NCBI GenBank assembly: GCA_047459075.1
Contig: VSCH01000014.1
Coordinates: forward strand, 4,833 to 68,832
Source of the DNA: Acidimicrobiia bacterium
Lineage (GTDB): Bacteria; Actinomycetota; Acidimicrobiia; Acidimicrobiales; VFJN01
Direction: 5' to 3'
Length of the DNA stretch: 64,000 bases
Shown here: piece after piece, positions 9,459 through 18,104 of the stretch
Numbering within the stretch: the first letter of the stretch is position 1
Layout of the letters: every line of letters starts with the position of its first letter
The notes under the pieces: model-generated
What the model was told of the DNA's origin: nothing
Seen by the model: only the letters and a program-made list of their open reading frames with translations
The model's database searches: none
Made by a program: the position numbers and the translations under genes

Positions 9459-10670
9459 TCAGCCCACCTCCCCGACGGCGTCGCCGGGGGCGGCCTCCGC
9501 CTCGGCGACGGCCCGGTCGCGTCGGCGGACGTCGCTGCGCATCTCGTCGATGGCGCTCGTGACCGTGCCCAGGTCGACCACGCCCTGGTAGCGGCCGCGC
9601 CGGTCGACGACGATGGCGCAGCCGACGGTCGAGGTGACCATCTCGTCGAGGGCGTCGTGCAGGGTGGCGTGGGGCTCGACGACCGCCGTGGCGGGGAGGC
9701 CGACCCGGTGCAGGGGCTCGCGCTCACGGGCGAGGTCCCGGGCGGTGACCCACCGCAGGGGGCGGTCCTCCTCGTCGAGCAGCAGCAGCGAGCCCTGCTC
9801 GCTCTCGGCCAGCAGGCGGCGCAGGCGGGCGCGGTCCTCGTGCACCGAGGCGGCCGGCCAGTGGTCGAGCGGCACCTCGCGCACCCGGGTCAGGTTGAGC
9901 CGCTTGAGCGCCGCGCCCGCGCCGATGAAGTCCTCGACGAAGCCGTCGGCCGGGGCGGTGAGGATGGCCTCGGGCGTGTCGTACTGGGCGATGTGCGACT
10001 GCTCGCGCAGGATGGCGATCCGGTCGCCCATCTTGATGGCCTCGTCGATGTCGTGGGTGACGAAGACGATCGTCTTGCGCACGTCGGCCTGGATGCGCAG
10101 GAACTCGTTCTGCAGGCGGTCCCGGGTGATCGGATCGATCGCCCCGAACGGCTCGTCCATGAGCATGACCGGCGGGTCGGCCCCGAGCGCCCGGGCGACG
10201 CCGACGCGCTGGCGCTGTCCACCGGAGAGCTCCTTCGGGTAGCGGTCGCGGTACTCGGCGGGGTCGAGGCCGACCAGCTCGAGGAGCTCGTCGACCCGGG
10301 CGGCGATGCGCTGCTTCTCCCAGCGCAGCAGCTTCGGGACCATGCCGACGTTCTCGGCCACGGTCATGTGGGGGAACAGGCCGATCTGCTGGATGACGTA
10401 GCCGATGTGGCGCCGCAGCTCGTCGGCGTCGGCCCGGGTCACGTCCTCGCCGCCGATGAGGACCCGGCCGGACGTCGGCTCGATGAGCCGGTTGATCATC
10501 TTGAGCACCGTCGTCTTGCCGCAGCCGGACGGCCCGACGAGCACGACGATCTCCCCCTTGGGGATGTCGAGCGTGATCCCGTCGACCGCGGGCACGGCCT
10601 GGCCCGGGTAGCGCTTGGTCAGCGACTCCAGCCGGATCATCGGCTCGGGCGAGCGCGAGGCGTCGGTCAT
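9459..10670 (-). CDS. ABC transporter ATP-binding protein with C-terminal tandem CBS domains
   Basis: Walker A GPSGCGKTT, signature LSGGQRQRV, Walker B VMLMDEPF, then a CBS pair. ATG 10670 overlaps the upstream stop as ATGA. The rest of the 986-aa track ORF is shadow. Confidence 0.9.
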   Translation of the reverse strand: MTDASRSPEPMIRLESLTKRYPGQAVPAVDGITLDIPKGEIVVLVGPSGCGKTTVLKMINRLIEPTSGRVLIGGEDVTRADADELRRHIGYVIQQIGLFPHMTVAENVGMVPKLLRWEKQRIAARVDELLELVGLDPAEYRDRYPKELSGGQRQRVGVARALGADPPVMLMDEPFGAIDPITRDRLQNEFLRIQADVRKTIVFVTHDIDEAIKMGDRIAILREQSHIAQYDTPEAILTAPADGFVEDFIGAGAALKRLNLTRVREVPLDHWPAASVHEDRARLRRLLAESEQGSLLLLDEEDRPLRWVTARDLAREREPLHRVGLPATAVVEPHATLHDALDEMVTSTVGCAIVVDRRGRYQGVVDLGTVTSAIDEMRSDVRRRDRAVAEAEAAPGDAVGEVG

Positions 10671-11332
10671 CGGAGCCCCTTCGAGGTCGTCAGGCGGGCG
10701 ATCACCTGGAAGAGGAGGTCGAACAGCAGGGCCAGGAGGGCGACGCTGACGGTGCCCGAGAAGGCCAGGTTGAACCCCCGCTGCGTGCCGGTGGCTCGCA
10801 GGCCCTGGAAGATCGGGCCGCCGAGCCCTGGGCCGTTGACGATGGCGGCGATGGCGGCGATGCCGACCGTGAGCTGCGTCGAGACCCGGATGCCGGTGAC
10901 GACGACCGGCCAGGCGAGCGGCAGCTCGATGCGGGCCAGGCGCTGGCCGCGCGACAGGCCCATGCCCACCGCGGACTCTGTGACCGCCGGGTCGACCGAG
11001 CGCAGGCCCGTGATCGTGTTCCGCACGATCGGCAGCAGCGCGTACATGACCAGCGCCACGATCGCCGGGCGGGAGCCGAGGCCGAAGATCGGGATGAACA
11101 GGCCGAACAGCGCGAACGACGGGATGGTGAGGAACGTGCCGGTGACGGTGAGCACGACCTTGGCCGCCGGCGGCCGCCGATAGGTGAGGACCCCGAGGCC
11201 GACGCCGATGACGGTCGCGATCAGGATGGCGGTGACGACGATCTGCGCGTGGTCGATCGCCAGGTCGAGGTACGACCGCCACTCGTCTCTCAGGTACTCG
11301 GGGACGTTGCCCAGGTAGTCGAAGAAGTCCAT
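10667..11332 (-). CDS. ABC transporter permease (OpuC/ProW type)
   Basis: Hydrophobic permease and first gene of the permease-ATPase-permease-SBP operon. Confidence 0.8.
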   Translation of the reverse strand: MDFFDYLGNVPEYLRDEWRSYLDLAIDHAQIVVTAILIATVIGVGLGVLTYRRPPAAKVVLTVTGTFLTIPSFALFGLFIPIFGLGSRPAIVALVMYALLPIVRNTITGLRSVDPAVTESAVGMGLSRGQRLARIELPLAWPVVVTGIRVSTQLTVGIAAIAAIVNGPGLGGPIFQGLRATGTQRGFNLAFSGTVSVALLALLFDLLFQVIARLTTSKGLR

Positions 11333-11420
11333 CGCCGCCCGGTCCCCCTACCCCCGCCGGCGCGACACGATGCGTGGCGGGCACCGACCGCCCCGTACCC
11401 TCGCCCCCGAGGAGGCACCG

Positions 11421-12428
11421 ATGACGACCTCGGAGATCCGGCGCCAGATCGACGCCCGCCTGGAGGACCTGCACCGCCGGCACCGGGAGCTTCCGCCGGA
11501 CCGGGAGGTGCGCTGCTACACGCCGGGCCGCGGCTACCACGCGCCGGACGGCGAGGAGATCCGGCACTTCGGCCTCGCCCTGGCCAGCCTCGAGGGCGAC
11601 AACCACGGCGTCGGCGACGCCGAGGTCCCGTTCGCCATGCAGTCGATCTCGAAGGTGTTCACCTACGCGCTGGCGCTGGCCGACCACGGCCGCGAGCACG
11701 TCCTGTCCCGGGTCGGCGTCGAGCCGAGCGGCGACTCGTTCCGGTCGATCGTGTTCGACGAGCGGGCCCGTCGCCCCTACAACCCCATGGTCAACGCCGG
11801 TGCGCTGGTCACGGTCGACCTCGTCGAGGGCGACGACCTGGCGACCAAGCGGGCCCGCATCCTCGAGCTGATGCAGGTGGCGGCCGGTGAGCCGCTGGAG
11901 GTCGACGAGGACGTCTTCCAGCAGGAGATCCGCACCGACGACCGCAACCGGGCGATCGTCTACCTGCTGCGCAGCGAGGGGATGATCGACGGCGACCCCG
12001 AGGAGGTGCTCGCCCTCTACCTGCAGCAGTGCTCGGTGACGGTGACCTGCCGCACGCTGGCGACGATGGCGGCGACACTGGCCAACGGCGGCGTCAACCC
12101 GGTGACGGGCGACGCCGCGTTCCCCCGGCGCTACGCCCGCGACGTGCTGACCGTCATGTACACGTGCGGGATGTACGACTTCGCGGGCCAGTGGGCCTTC
12201 GAGGTCGGCGTCCCCGCCAAGAGCGGCATCAGCGGCGGTCTGCTCGTCCCCATCCCGGGCAAGCTCGGGATCGGGGTCTACTCCCCCGGGCTCGACGAGC
12301 ACGGCAACAGCATCCGGGGCGTGGACGTGTGCCGGGAGATCTCGGTCCGCCTCGGGCTGCACGTGTTCGCCACCGAGGAGGAGGACGCGCTGCTCGGCCT
12401 GCGGTCCCCGGCCGCCCACCTGGACTGA
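11421..12428 (+). CDS. glsA: glutaminase A
   Basis: ATG 11421 is preceded by GAGGAGG. Contains QSISKVFTY (Ser-x-x-Lys), YNPMVNAGAL and PAKSGISGG. Confidence 0.9.
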   Translation: MTTSEIRRQIDARLEDLHRRHRELPPDREVRCYTPGRGYHAPDGEEIRHFGLALASLEGDNHGVGDAEVPFAMQSISKVFTYALALADHGREHVLSRVGVEPSGDSFRSIVFDERARRPYNPMVNAGALVTVDLVEGDDLATKRARILELMQVAAGEPLEVDEDVFQQEIRTDDRNRAIVYLLRSEGMIDGDPEEVLALYLQQCSVTVTCRTLATMAATLANGGVNPVTGDAAFPRRYARDVLTVMYTCGMYDFAGQWAFEVGVPAKSGISGGLLVPIPGKLGIGVYSPGLDEHGNSIRGVDVCREISVRLGLHVFATEEEDALLGLRSPAAHLD

Positions 12429-12433
12429 CCGCT

Positions 12434-12456
12434 GCGGGGCGGCGGCGCCGACCCGC
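12434..12456. terminator. GC hairpin between convergent glsA and the asnB-like gene
   Basis: GCGGG-g-CGGC ggc GCCG-a-CCCGC fills almost the whole 28-nt gap. There is no U tract. Confidence 0.35.
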
Positions 12457-13977
12457 TCAGGCCTCGGCGAACCGGCCGATCGTGCCCTGGGCCGGCACCC
12501 CCGGGAGACGCTCGGTGAACAGCCGGTGGTAGGCCAGCTCCTCCCGGGTGCGCAGCGGCGGGTCGACGGCGTGGCGCTCGCGGGCCAGCTCGTCCTCGCC
12601 GACCAGCCCGCCGAAGTGCTCGCGCAGCACCTCGTCCATGCCGGTGCCCTCGCCGAACTGCTGCTTCTCCCGCCACAGCACCTCCTCGGGCAGCCAGCCC
12701 TCGAAGGCCCGGCGGAGCAGCCACTTGCTCGGCCGCCCCGGGCCGACGAGCTTCCACTCGGGCGGCAGGGCCAGCGCCAGCTCCACGAGGTCGAGGTCGA
12801 GGAAGGGGAGGCGCGGCTCCAGCCCGTTGGCGCTCGTCACCCGGTCGACCCGCTGCAGGCCCCCGATGTGCATGCCGCCGAGCAGGTCGACCAGCTCGTC
12901 GTGCAGGGCGTCGGCGCTCTCCAGCCGGTGGAGGTGCTCGTACCCGGCGAACAGCTCGTCCGCGCCCTCGCCCACCAGCACGACCTTGACGTGACGGCGG
13001 GCCAGCCGGGCCACGAGGTGGTTGGGCACCGCGCTGTGGACGAGGGTGGGGTCGAACGACTCGAGCACCTCGATCACCTCCGGGACGCTGTCGATCGCGT
13101 CCGACGCGGTGTAGATCAGCTCGTGGTGGTCGGTGCCGAGGTGCTCGGCGACGGCCCGGGCGGCGGCGATGTCGCGGCTGCCGGCCATCCCGGCGGCGAA
13201 GGTGGGGACGGTGCGCCCGGCGGCCGCCGCGGCGCGGGCGGCGATGGCGGTGACGATGCTCGAGTCGACCCCGCCGGACAGGAAGACCCCCACCGGGACG
13301 TCGGCGACCAGCAGGTGCTCGACGGCCCGGACGAGGGTCTCGCGCAGCGCGTCGAACACCCACCGGGGCGGGTCGTCGTGCGGGCGACGGCTGCGGAGCA
13401 GCACCGGGGTCGGCGTGGGTGGCGGCCGCCAGGGGACGAGCCCGCGCGCCGGTGTCCAGGCGTTGCCCGGCGGGAACGGTTCGACGACCGACCGCCACTC
13501 GCCCTCGAACGCCTTCAGCTCCGAGGCGAACAGGGTCGTACCGCCCCGACGGGACCAGTAGAGCGGGGCGATGCCCAGCGTGTCGCGGCAGGCGACGAAG
13601 CGCCCGTCCTCGCCGGCGAGCACGAAGGCGAAGGCGCCCCACAGCCGCTCGAACGCCCGCAGGCCGGCGTCCTCGACGAGGTGCAGCACCACCTCGTGGT
13701 CGGAGCGGGTGCGGAAGCGGTGCTCGCCCAGCTCGGCCCGCAGGTCCTCGTGGTTGTACACCTCGCCGTCGCCGACGAGCCAGAGGTCGCCCGCGGCGGT
13801 CCCCAGCGGCTGGGCGCCCCGCTCGAGGTCGACGACCGCCAGCCGGCGGTGGCCGAGCCAGGCGCCGCCGACGGCGCGGGTCCCCTCGCCGTCGGGGCCG
13901 CGGTGGGCGAGCCGGTCGAGCATGCGCTGCCCGACGGCGGGGTCGAACGGTCCGTGGGCCGCCACGAGGCCGGACAT
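12457..13977 (-). CDS. asparagine synthetase (AsnB)-fold amidotransferase/adenylating enzyme with Ser in place of the N-terminal Cys
   Basis: HRGPDG, LGHRRLAVVDL..GAQP, DGEVYN, and PP-loop SGGVDSS. Start ATG TCC GGC CTC lies 6 nt after GGAGGTGA. Confidence 0.85.
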   Translation of the reverse strand: MSGLVAAHGPFDPAVGQRMLDRLAHRGPDGEGTRAVGGAWLGHRRLAVVDLERGAQPLGTAAGDLWLVGDGEVYNHEDLRAELGEHRFRTRSDHEVVLHLVEDAGLRAFERLWGAFAFVLAGEDGRFVACRDTLGIAPLYWSRRGGTTLFASELKAFEGEWRSVVEPFPPGNAWTPARGLVPWRPPPTPTPVLLRSRRPHDDPPRWVFDALRETLVRAVEHLLVADVPVGVFLSGGVDSSIVTAIAARAAAAAGRTVPTFAAGMAGSRDIAAARAVAEHLGTDHHELIYTASDAIDSVPEVIEVLESFDPTLVHSAVPNHLVARLARRHVKVVLVGEGADELFAGYEHLHRLESADALHDELVDLLGGMHIGGLQRVDRVTSANGLEPRLPFLDLDLVELALALPPEWKLVGPGRPSKWLLRRAFEGWLPEEVLWREKQQFGEGTGMDEVLREHFGGLVGEDELARERHAVDPPLRTREELAYHRLFTERLPGVPAQGTIGRFAEA

Positions 13978-14179
13978 CGCTCACCTCCGGTCGGGGTGGT
14001 CGCCCAGTCGACCACCGGGCGGGGTGACGGGTCAACCGTGCGCGCGGATCGTCGGCGAGATCCGACCGCGGCACCGACGACGGACCCGGACCGGACGGAT
14101 CCCGCTGCCGGCCCTGTACAGCCACCACGTGCCGTGGTGGACTGGCACGCGACGCATCCGAGCGGACCTGGAGGCGGGC

Positions 14180-15508
14180 ATGGACGTCATCTCCCCGGGC
14201 GATCCCCGTTACGACGAGGCGCGCGCGCTCTTCAACGCCATGATCGACAAGCGCCCGGCGGTGATCGCCGGGTGCGCCACGCCGGAGGACGTCGCCGACG
14301 CCCTGGACCTGGCCCGGCGGGAGGGCTACGAGGTGGCCGTCCGCGCCGGCGGGCACTCGGTCGCGGGCATGTCGACGAACGACGGCGGCCTGGTGGTCGA
14401 CGTGCGCCCGATGAAGCACGTCGAGGTCGACCCGACCACCCGGCAGGCCCGGGTGGGCGCCGGCGTGACGTGGGGCGAGTTCGACCGCGCCGCCCAGGAG
14501 CACGGGCTCGCGACCACCGGGGGGCGCGTCTCCACCACCGGCGTGGCCGGCTTCACACTGGGCGGCGGGTCCGGCTGGCTCGAGCGCTCGCACGGCCTGG
14601 CCTGCGACAACCTCGTGTCGGTCGACCTGGTCACCGCCGACGGCCGCCAGGTCACGGCCAGCGAGGACGAGAACCCCGAGCTGTTCTGGGGGTTGCACGG
14701 CGGGGGCGGCAACTTCGGCGTGGCCACGTCGTTCGTGTTCCGGCTCCACCCGGTCGGGCCGATCGTGACCGCCGGCCTCCTGCTCTGGCCCGGCGAGGCC
14801 GCCACCGACGTCGCCCGGCTCTACCGCGACGTCGCCGGGACGGCGCCCGACGAGCTCGGCTCGGGCCTGGTGTTCATCACCGGCCCGCCCGAGGAGTTCG
14901 TCCCCCCGCACCTGCAGGGCCAGACCCTCGTCGCGGTGGTCGGCATGTGGGACGGCGACATCGACGACGGCGCCGACGCGATGGCCCCCCTCCGCGCCCT
15001 GGCGCCCGAGGTCGACCTGGTCGGGCCGATGCCGTACACGGACTTCCAGTGCCTGATCGACGACCCCCCGGGCATGCGCAACTACTGGTCGGCCGAGTAC
15101 CACGACGAGTTCCCCGACGCCGCCCTCGACGTCTTCGTGAAGTACGGGTTCGAGCGGCAGTCGCCGCTCGCCCAGCAGATCCTCTTCCCGTGGGGCGGGG
15201 CCGTGGCCCGGGTGCCCGAGGACGCCACGCCGATGACGAAGCGGTCGGCCCGGTGGATCACCCACCCGTTCGCCGTGTGGGAGGACCCGGCCGACACGGA
15301 CCGCAACGTCGAGTGGGCGCGCGCCTTCCGGCGCGACATCGCCCGCTACACGAACGGCGGCGTCTACCTCAACTTCGTCGGTGACGAGGGCCAGGACCGG
15401 GTGCGGGCGGCGTACGGCGACGAGAAGTACGGCCGCCTGGCCACGCTGAAGCGGGAGTGGGACCCCGGCAACGTCTTCCGCGGCAACCACAACGTCCGGC
15501 CCGCGTGA
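14180..15508 (+). CDS. FAD-linked oxidase, BBE/VAO family
   Basis: ATG 14180. AVRAGGHSVAG, GGGSGW, GGGGNFGV, and the C-terminal BBE-like YLNF...DPGNVFRGNHNVRP. Confidence 0.85.
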   Translation: MDVISPGDPRYDEARALFNAMIDKRPAVIAGCATPEDVADALDLARREGYEVAVRAGGHSVAGMSTNDGGLVVDVRPMKHVEVDPTTRQARVGAGVTWGEFDRAAQEHGLATTGGRVSTTGVAGFTLGGGSGWLERSHGLACDNLVSVDLVTADGRQVTASEDENPELFWGLHGGGGNFGVATSFVFRLHPVGPIVTAGLLLWPGEAATDVARLYRDVAGTAPDELGSGLVFITGPPEEFVPPHLQGQTLVAVVGMWDGDIDDGADAMAPLRALAPEVDLVGPMPYTDFQCLIDDPPGMRNYWSAEYHDEFPDAALDVFVKYGFERQSPLAQQILFPWGGAVARVPEDATPMTKRSARWITHPFAVWEDPADTDRNVEWARAFRRDIARYTNGGVYLNFVGDEGQDRVRAAYGDEKYGRLATLKREWDPGNVFRGNHNVRPA

Positions 15509-15522
15509 CACCGGCGGGGCCG

Positions 15523-16539
15523 CTACTCGTGCCGGACCGTGGACAGGGTCGGGTGGCTGGCGTCCTCGGCCACCCGGGCGAGGGCCTCGTCGTCGCCGTC
15601 GAGGGTCCCGTGCCAGAAGTCGAGCACGGTGCGGGTGACGAGCTCGTCGTAGGGAGACTCGTCGTCGGTGAAGGCGACCCGGTGGTCGGCGCCGTGGAGC
15701 GTGACGAACCACTTGGGCGGCGCCGCCCGCTCGAAGGGCTCGAGGTCGAGCTCCAGGGGGACGTCGTCGGCGTCGCCGTGCAGGACGAGGAGCGGCAGGC
15801 CCGAGTCGAGGTCCAGCTCGCCGCCCGGCATCGGCATCGTCAGGCCGGCGAAGACGACCGCCGAGTCGACGCGGTCGTCACGGGTGGCGGTGTCGAACGC
15901 GACCGCCCAGGTCGTGGCGCCGCCGAGGCTGTGGCCGACGACGCCGACGGCCTCGGGGTCGACGAGGCCGTGCAGCGGGCTGGACGGGTCCTCGGACGCG
16001 GCCAGCACCTGGTCGATGACGAACGAGACGTCGCCCGGCTGGTTGACGACGTCGGGGACGTTGGACAGCGCCGAGGGCACGTCCCGGTTGGTCAGCGGGA
16101 AGTGCGGCGCGGCCACGACGAACCCGTCGGCGGCCCAGACCCGCATCGTCTCCGTGTACTCGTCGGGGTGGCCGCTCGCCCCGTGGCAGAGGACGAGGAG
16201 CGGGTAGGGCCCGCCCGAGGTCGGGTGGGTGATGCGGGTGACGATCGTGCGGTCGGGCCGGGCCGGGGTCTCGGCCCCCGCCGGCGTCGGCCGCGTCGTG
16301 TCGACGAAGGTCTCGGTCGTCACGTCGACCTCGAGCGGCGTGCCGTGCTCGGCGGAGGCCGCCGCCCCCGCCTCGTCGCCGGCCCCCGCCTCCGGCGCGG
16401 GCTCGCCGTCGCCGCCCCCGCAGGCCCCGAGCACGGCCAGGGCCAGGGCGGCCGCCGCCCACGCGGCGCCCGGTCGCGACCGGCGCCGGGCGGCACCGGC
16501 CGCCGGCTCCCCGTCCCCTCGGCGCCCCCGGGTCGTCAC
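15523..16539 (-). CDS. secreted alpha/beta hydrolase lipoprotein (dienelactone hydrolase/PAF-acetylhydrolase-like)
   Basis: Lipobox LAVLGACGGG, nucleophile elbow GHSLGG, LLVLHGDAD. Start GTG 16539 is in frame but uncertain. Confidence 0.7.
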   Translation of the reverse strand: MTTRGRRGDGEPAAGAARRRSRPGAAWAAAALALAVLGACGGGDGEPAPEAGAGDEAGAAASAEHGTPLEVDVTTETFVDTTRPTPAGAETPARPDRTIVTRITHPTSGGPYPLLVLCHGASGHPDEYTETMRVWAADGFVVAAPHFPLTNRDVPSALSNVPDVVNQPGDVSFVIDQVLAASEDPSSPLHGLVDPEAVGVVGHSLGGATTWAVAFDTATRDDRVDSAVVFAGLTMPMPGGELDLDSGLPLLVLHGDADDVPLELDLEPFERAAPPKWFVTLHGADHRVAFTDDESPYDELVTRTVLDFWHGTLDGDDEALARVAEDASHPTLSTVRHE

Positions 16540-16543
16540 CGCC

Positions 16544-16834
16544 TCATGATGGCCCACCGGCCGGCGTCCCCGGCGCCTCGGCGGCCTCCGCCGCCCGGGT
16601 CCGGGCGACCCGTGTGAGGACGCTGCCCGTGACAACGCTCGAGAGGACCAGCACGAGGACGCCGAGAGGCACGTCCCCCCTGGCCACGAGCCACACCCCG
16701 ACCACGAGCAGGACGACGTCGAGGACCAGCGCACCGACCACCAGGGGGCGGCGCAGCAGGTGGGCGCCCGCCGACCCCGGTCGCCCCTCGGGATCGGCAG
16801 GGTCCACACGCCTCCACAGCAGGCCCAGGCTCAT
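16544..16834 (-). CDS. small membrane protein (96 aa, two predicted TM helices)
   Basis: ATG 16834 is preceded by GGGAGGG. MSLGLLWRRVD...LVVGALVLDVVLLVVGVWLVARGDVPLGVLVLVLSSVVTGSVL. Confidence 0.5.
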   Translation of the reverse strand: MSLGLLWRRVDPADPEGRPGSAGAHLLRRPLVVGALVLDVVLLVVGVWLVARGDVPLGVLVLVLSSVVTGSVLTRVARTRAAEAAEAPGTPAGGPS

Positions 16835-16946
16835 CGTGACCCTCCCCTCGTTCTCGCTGACGGACGACGTCGACGGTCCGGGGGCGCAGCACCGGGACCA
16901 CGCCGGCCCGAACGCGACGAGAGGGCCTGTGACCAGGCCCTCTCCG

Positions 16947-17023
16947 TGGTCGGGTGGGCGAGATTTGAACTCGCGACCTCTGCGTCCCGAACGCAGCGCT
17001 CTGCCAAGCTGAGCCACCACCCG
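16947..17023 (-). tRNA. tRNA-Pro (anticodon CGG), CCA encoded
   Basis: Cloverleaf folded by hand. Acceptor CGGGTGG/CCACCCG, D stem GCTC/GAGC, anticodon stem CTGCG/CGCAG with loop TTCGGGA, T arm GCGAG-TTCAAAT-CTCGC, then A-CCA. Confidence 0.9.
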
Positions 17024-17141
17024 GAGTGGATGCCGGCCGCCGGGCCCGCCGTGGGAACCGGTCGACCGGGTCAGACACTCTACCCGCTCCGTGGCGCAGC
17101 CTGGAAACGGCATGCCGCGCCGCGGGCCGGCCGCCCGGGGG

Positions 17142-17543
17142 TCACGACGCCAGCGCCGGGCTCTCCTGGTAGTCCTCGCCCGCCAGCAGCGTCCGGGCCG
17201 CCCGCCGCAGCCGGAACGCGTCGAGCGGCTTGAAGATCCAGCCGTCGACGCCGTAGCGGCGGGCGAGGAAGACGTCGGCCGGCCGGTCGAGCAGCAGCAG
17301 GATCGGCACCGGGGTCAGCGTGCCGGCGTCGAACTCCTGCTCGAGGTGCAGCGCCGTGGCGATGCCACCCATGTTGCCGATCTGGAGGTCGAGCACGACC
17401 AGGGCGGGCTGGACCTTGCGCACCGCCTCCGGGACGTCGCGGCCCCGGCGCACCCGCAGCACCCGGGTGTCCTCGTCGGCGAGGGCCTGGTCGACGTCCT
17501 CGAAGATCCAGTCGGCGTCGGTGGCGATCAGCACGTCGGGCAC
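17142..17543 (-). CDS. single-domain response regulator (receiver only)
   Basis: VLIATDAD..., phospho-acceptor context VVLDLQIGNMGG, and conserved Lys in WIFKPL. No output domain. Confidence 0.8.
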   Translation of the reverse strand: MPDVLIATDADWIFEDVDQALADEDTRVLRVRRGRDVPEAVRKVQPALVVLDLQIGNMGGIATALHLEQEFDAGTLTPVPILLLLDRPADVFLARRYGVDGWIFKPLDAFRLRRAARTLLAGEDYQESPALAS

Positions 17544-17692
17544 GGTGGGGAGGCTACGGGCCGGGCCCGCCCGGGTTCCAGCGCCGGCGGTGGAGGGTTC
17601 GCTACAGGTCCCGAACGGTCCCGTGAAGGCGGCCGACAGGGCGTCCCGGCACCGCTACCATCGCCGGACCGGGTCCCCGGGAGGAGAAGTTC

Positions 17693-18055
17693 GTGCTCGA
17701 CATCCAGGTAGACCAGGCCGACAGCTACACCGTGTGCCGCCCGGTGGGCGAGCTCGACGCCTACACCGTCGGGCAGTTCCGCGACGCGCTGGGCGAGCTG
17801 GCCGACAAGCGCTACCTGCTCATCGACCTGTCGTCGGTGCCGTTCATGGACTCGGCGGGCCTCGGCGCGCTGATCGGGGGCATCCGCCGGGCGCGCGAGG
17901 CCGGGGGCGACGTCGCCGTCGCCTGCAGCCGGCCCACCCTCACCCGCCTGCTGCACACCACCGGGTTCGACCGCATCGTGCCGGTCACCGAGACGGTCGA
18001 GGACGCCGTGGCGGCGCTCGACGAGGCGGCCAAGGCCGCCGAGGAGGCCGAGTAG
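17693..18055 (+). CDS. STAS-domain anti-sigma-factor antagonist
   Basis: GTG start after GGGAGGAGAAG. GELDAYTV..., LLIDLSSVPFMDSAGLGALIG. Confidence 0.85.
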   Translation: MLDIQVDQADSYTVCRPVGELDAYTVGQFRDALGELADKRYLLIDLSSVPFMDSAGLGALIGGIRRAREAGGDVAVACSRPTLTRLLHTTGFDRIVPVTETVEDAVAALDEAAKAAEEAE

Positions 18056-18104
18056 GCCGGACCGGGCGGCGCGCGGCGCCGGGCGCCCGGGACCGGCCCG
18101 CCCC

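Noticed and set aside
8469-11183. 904-aa plus-strand ORF across the ABC transporter operon.
   Set aside because: It lies antisense to four motif-supported transporter genes, and its Asp/Arg/Gly-rich translation has no recognisable domains.
12278-15712. 1144-aa minus-strand ORF, one of the longest in the track.
   Set aside because: The translation is Arg/Pro/Gly-rich low-complexity sequence with no motifs. It overlaps the well-supported asnB-like gene (another minus-strand frame) and the BBE oxidase (plus strand). This is a typical high-GC shadow frame.
11421-16539. Considered the AsnB-like gene, BBE oxidase and hydrolase as a lasso-peptide or beta-lactam-type biosynthetic cluster.
   Set aside because: There is no precursor peptide, transglutaminase-like protease, RiPP recognition element, clavaminate-type oxygenase or transporter. 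The neighbours are in mixed orientations and look unrelated.
15523-17141. tRNA-Pro as a possible integration site for a genomic island.
   Set aside because: There is no integrase, recombinase or phage gene on either side. I found no duplicated copy of the tRNA 3' end and no compositional break. The flanking genes look like ordinary chromosomal genes.
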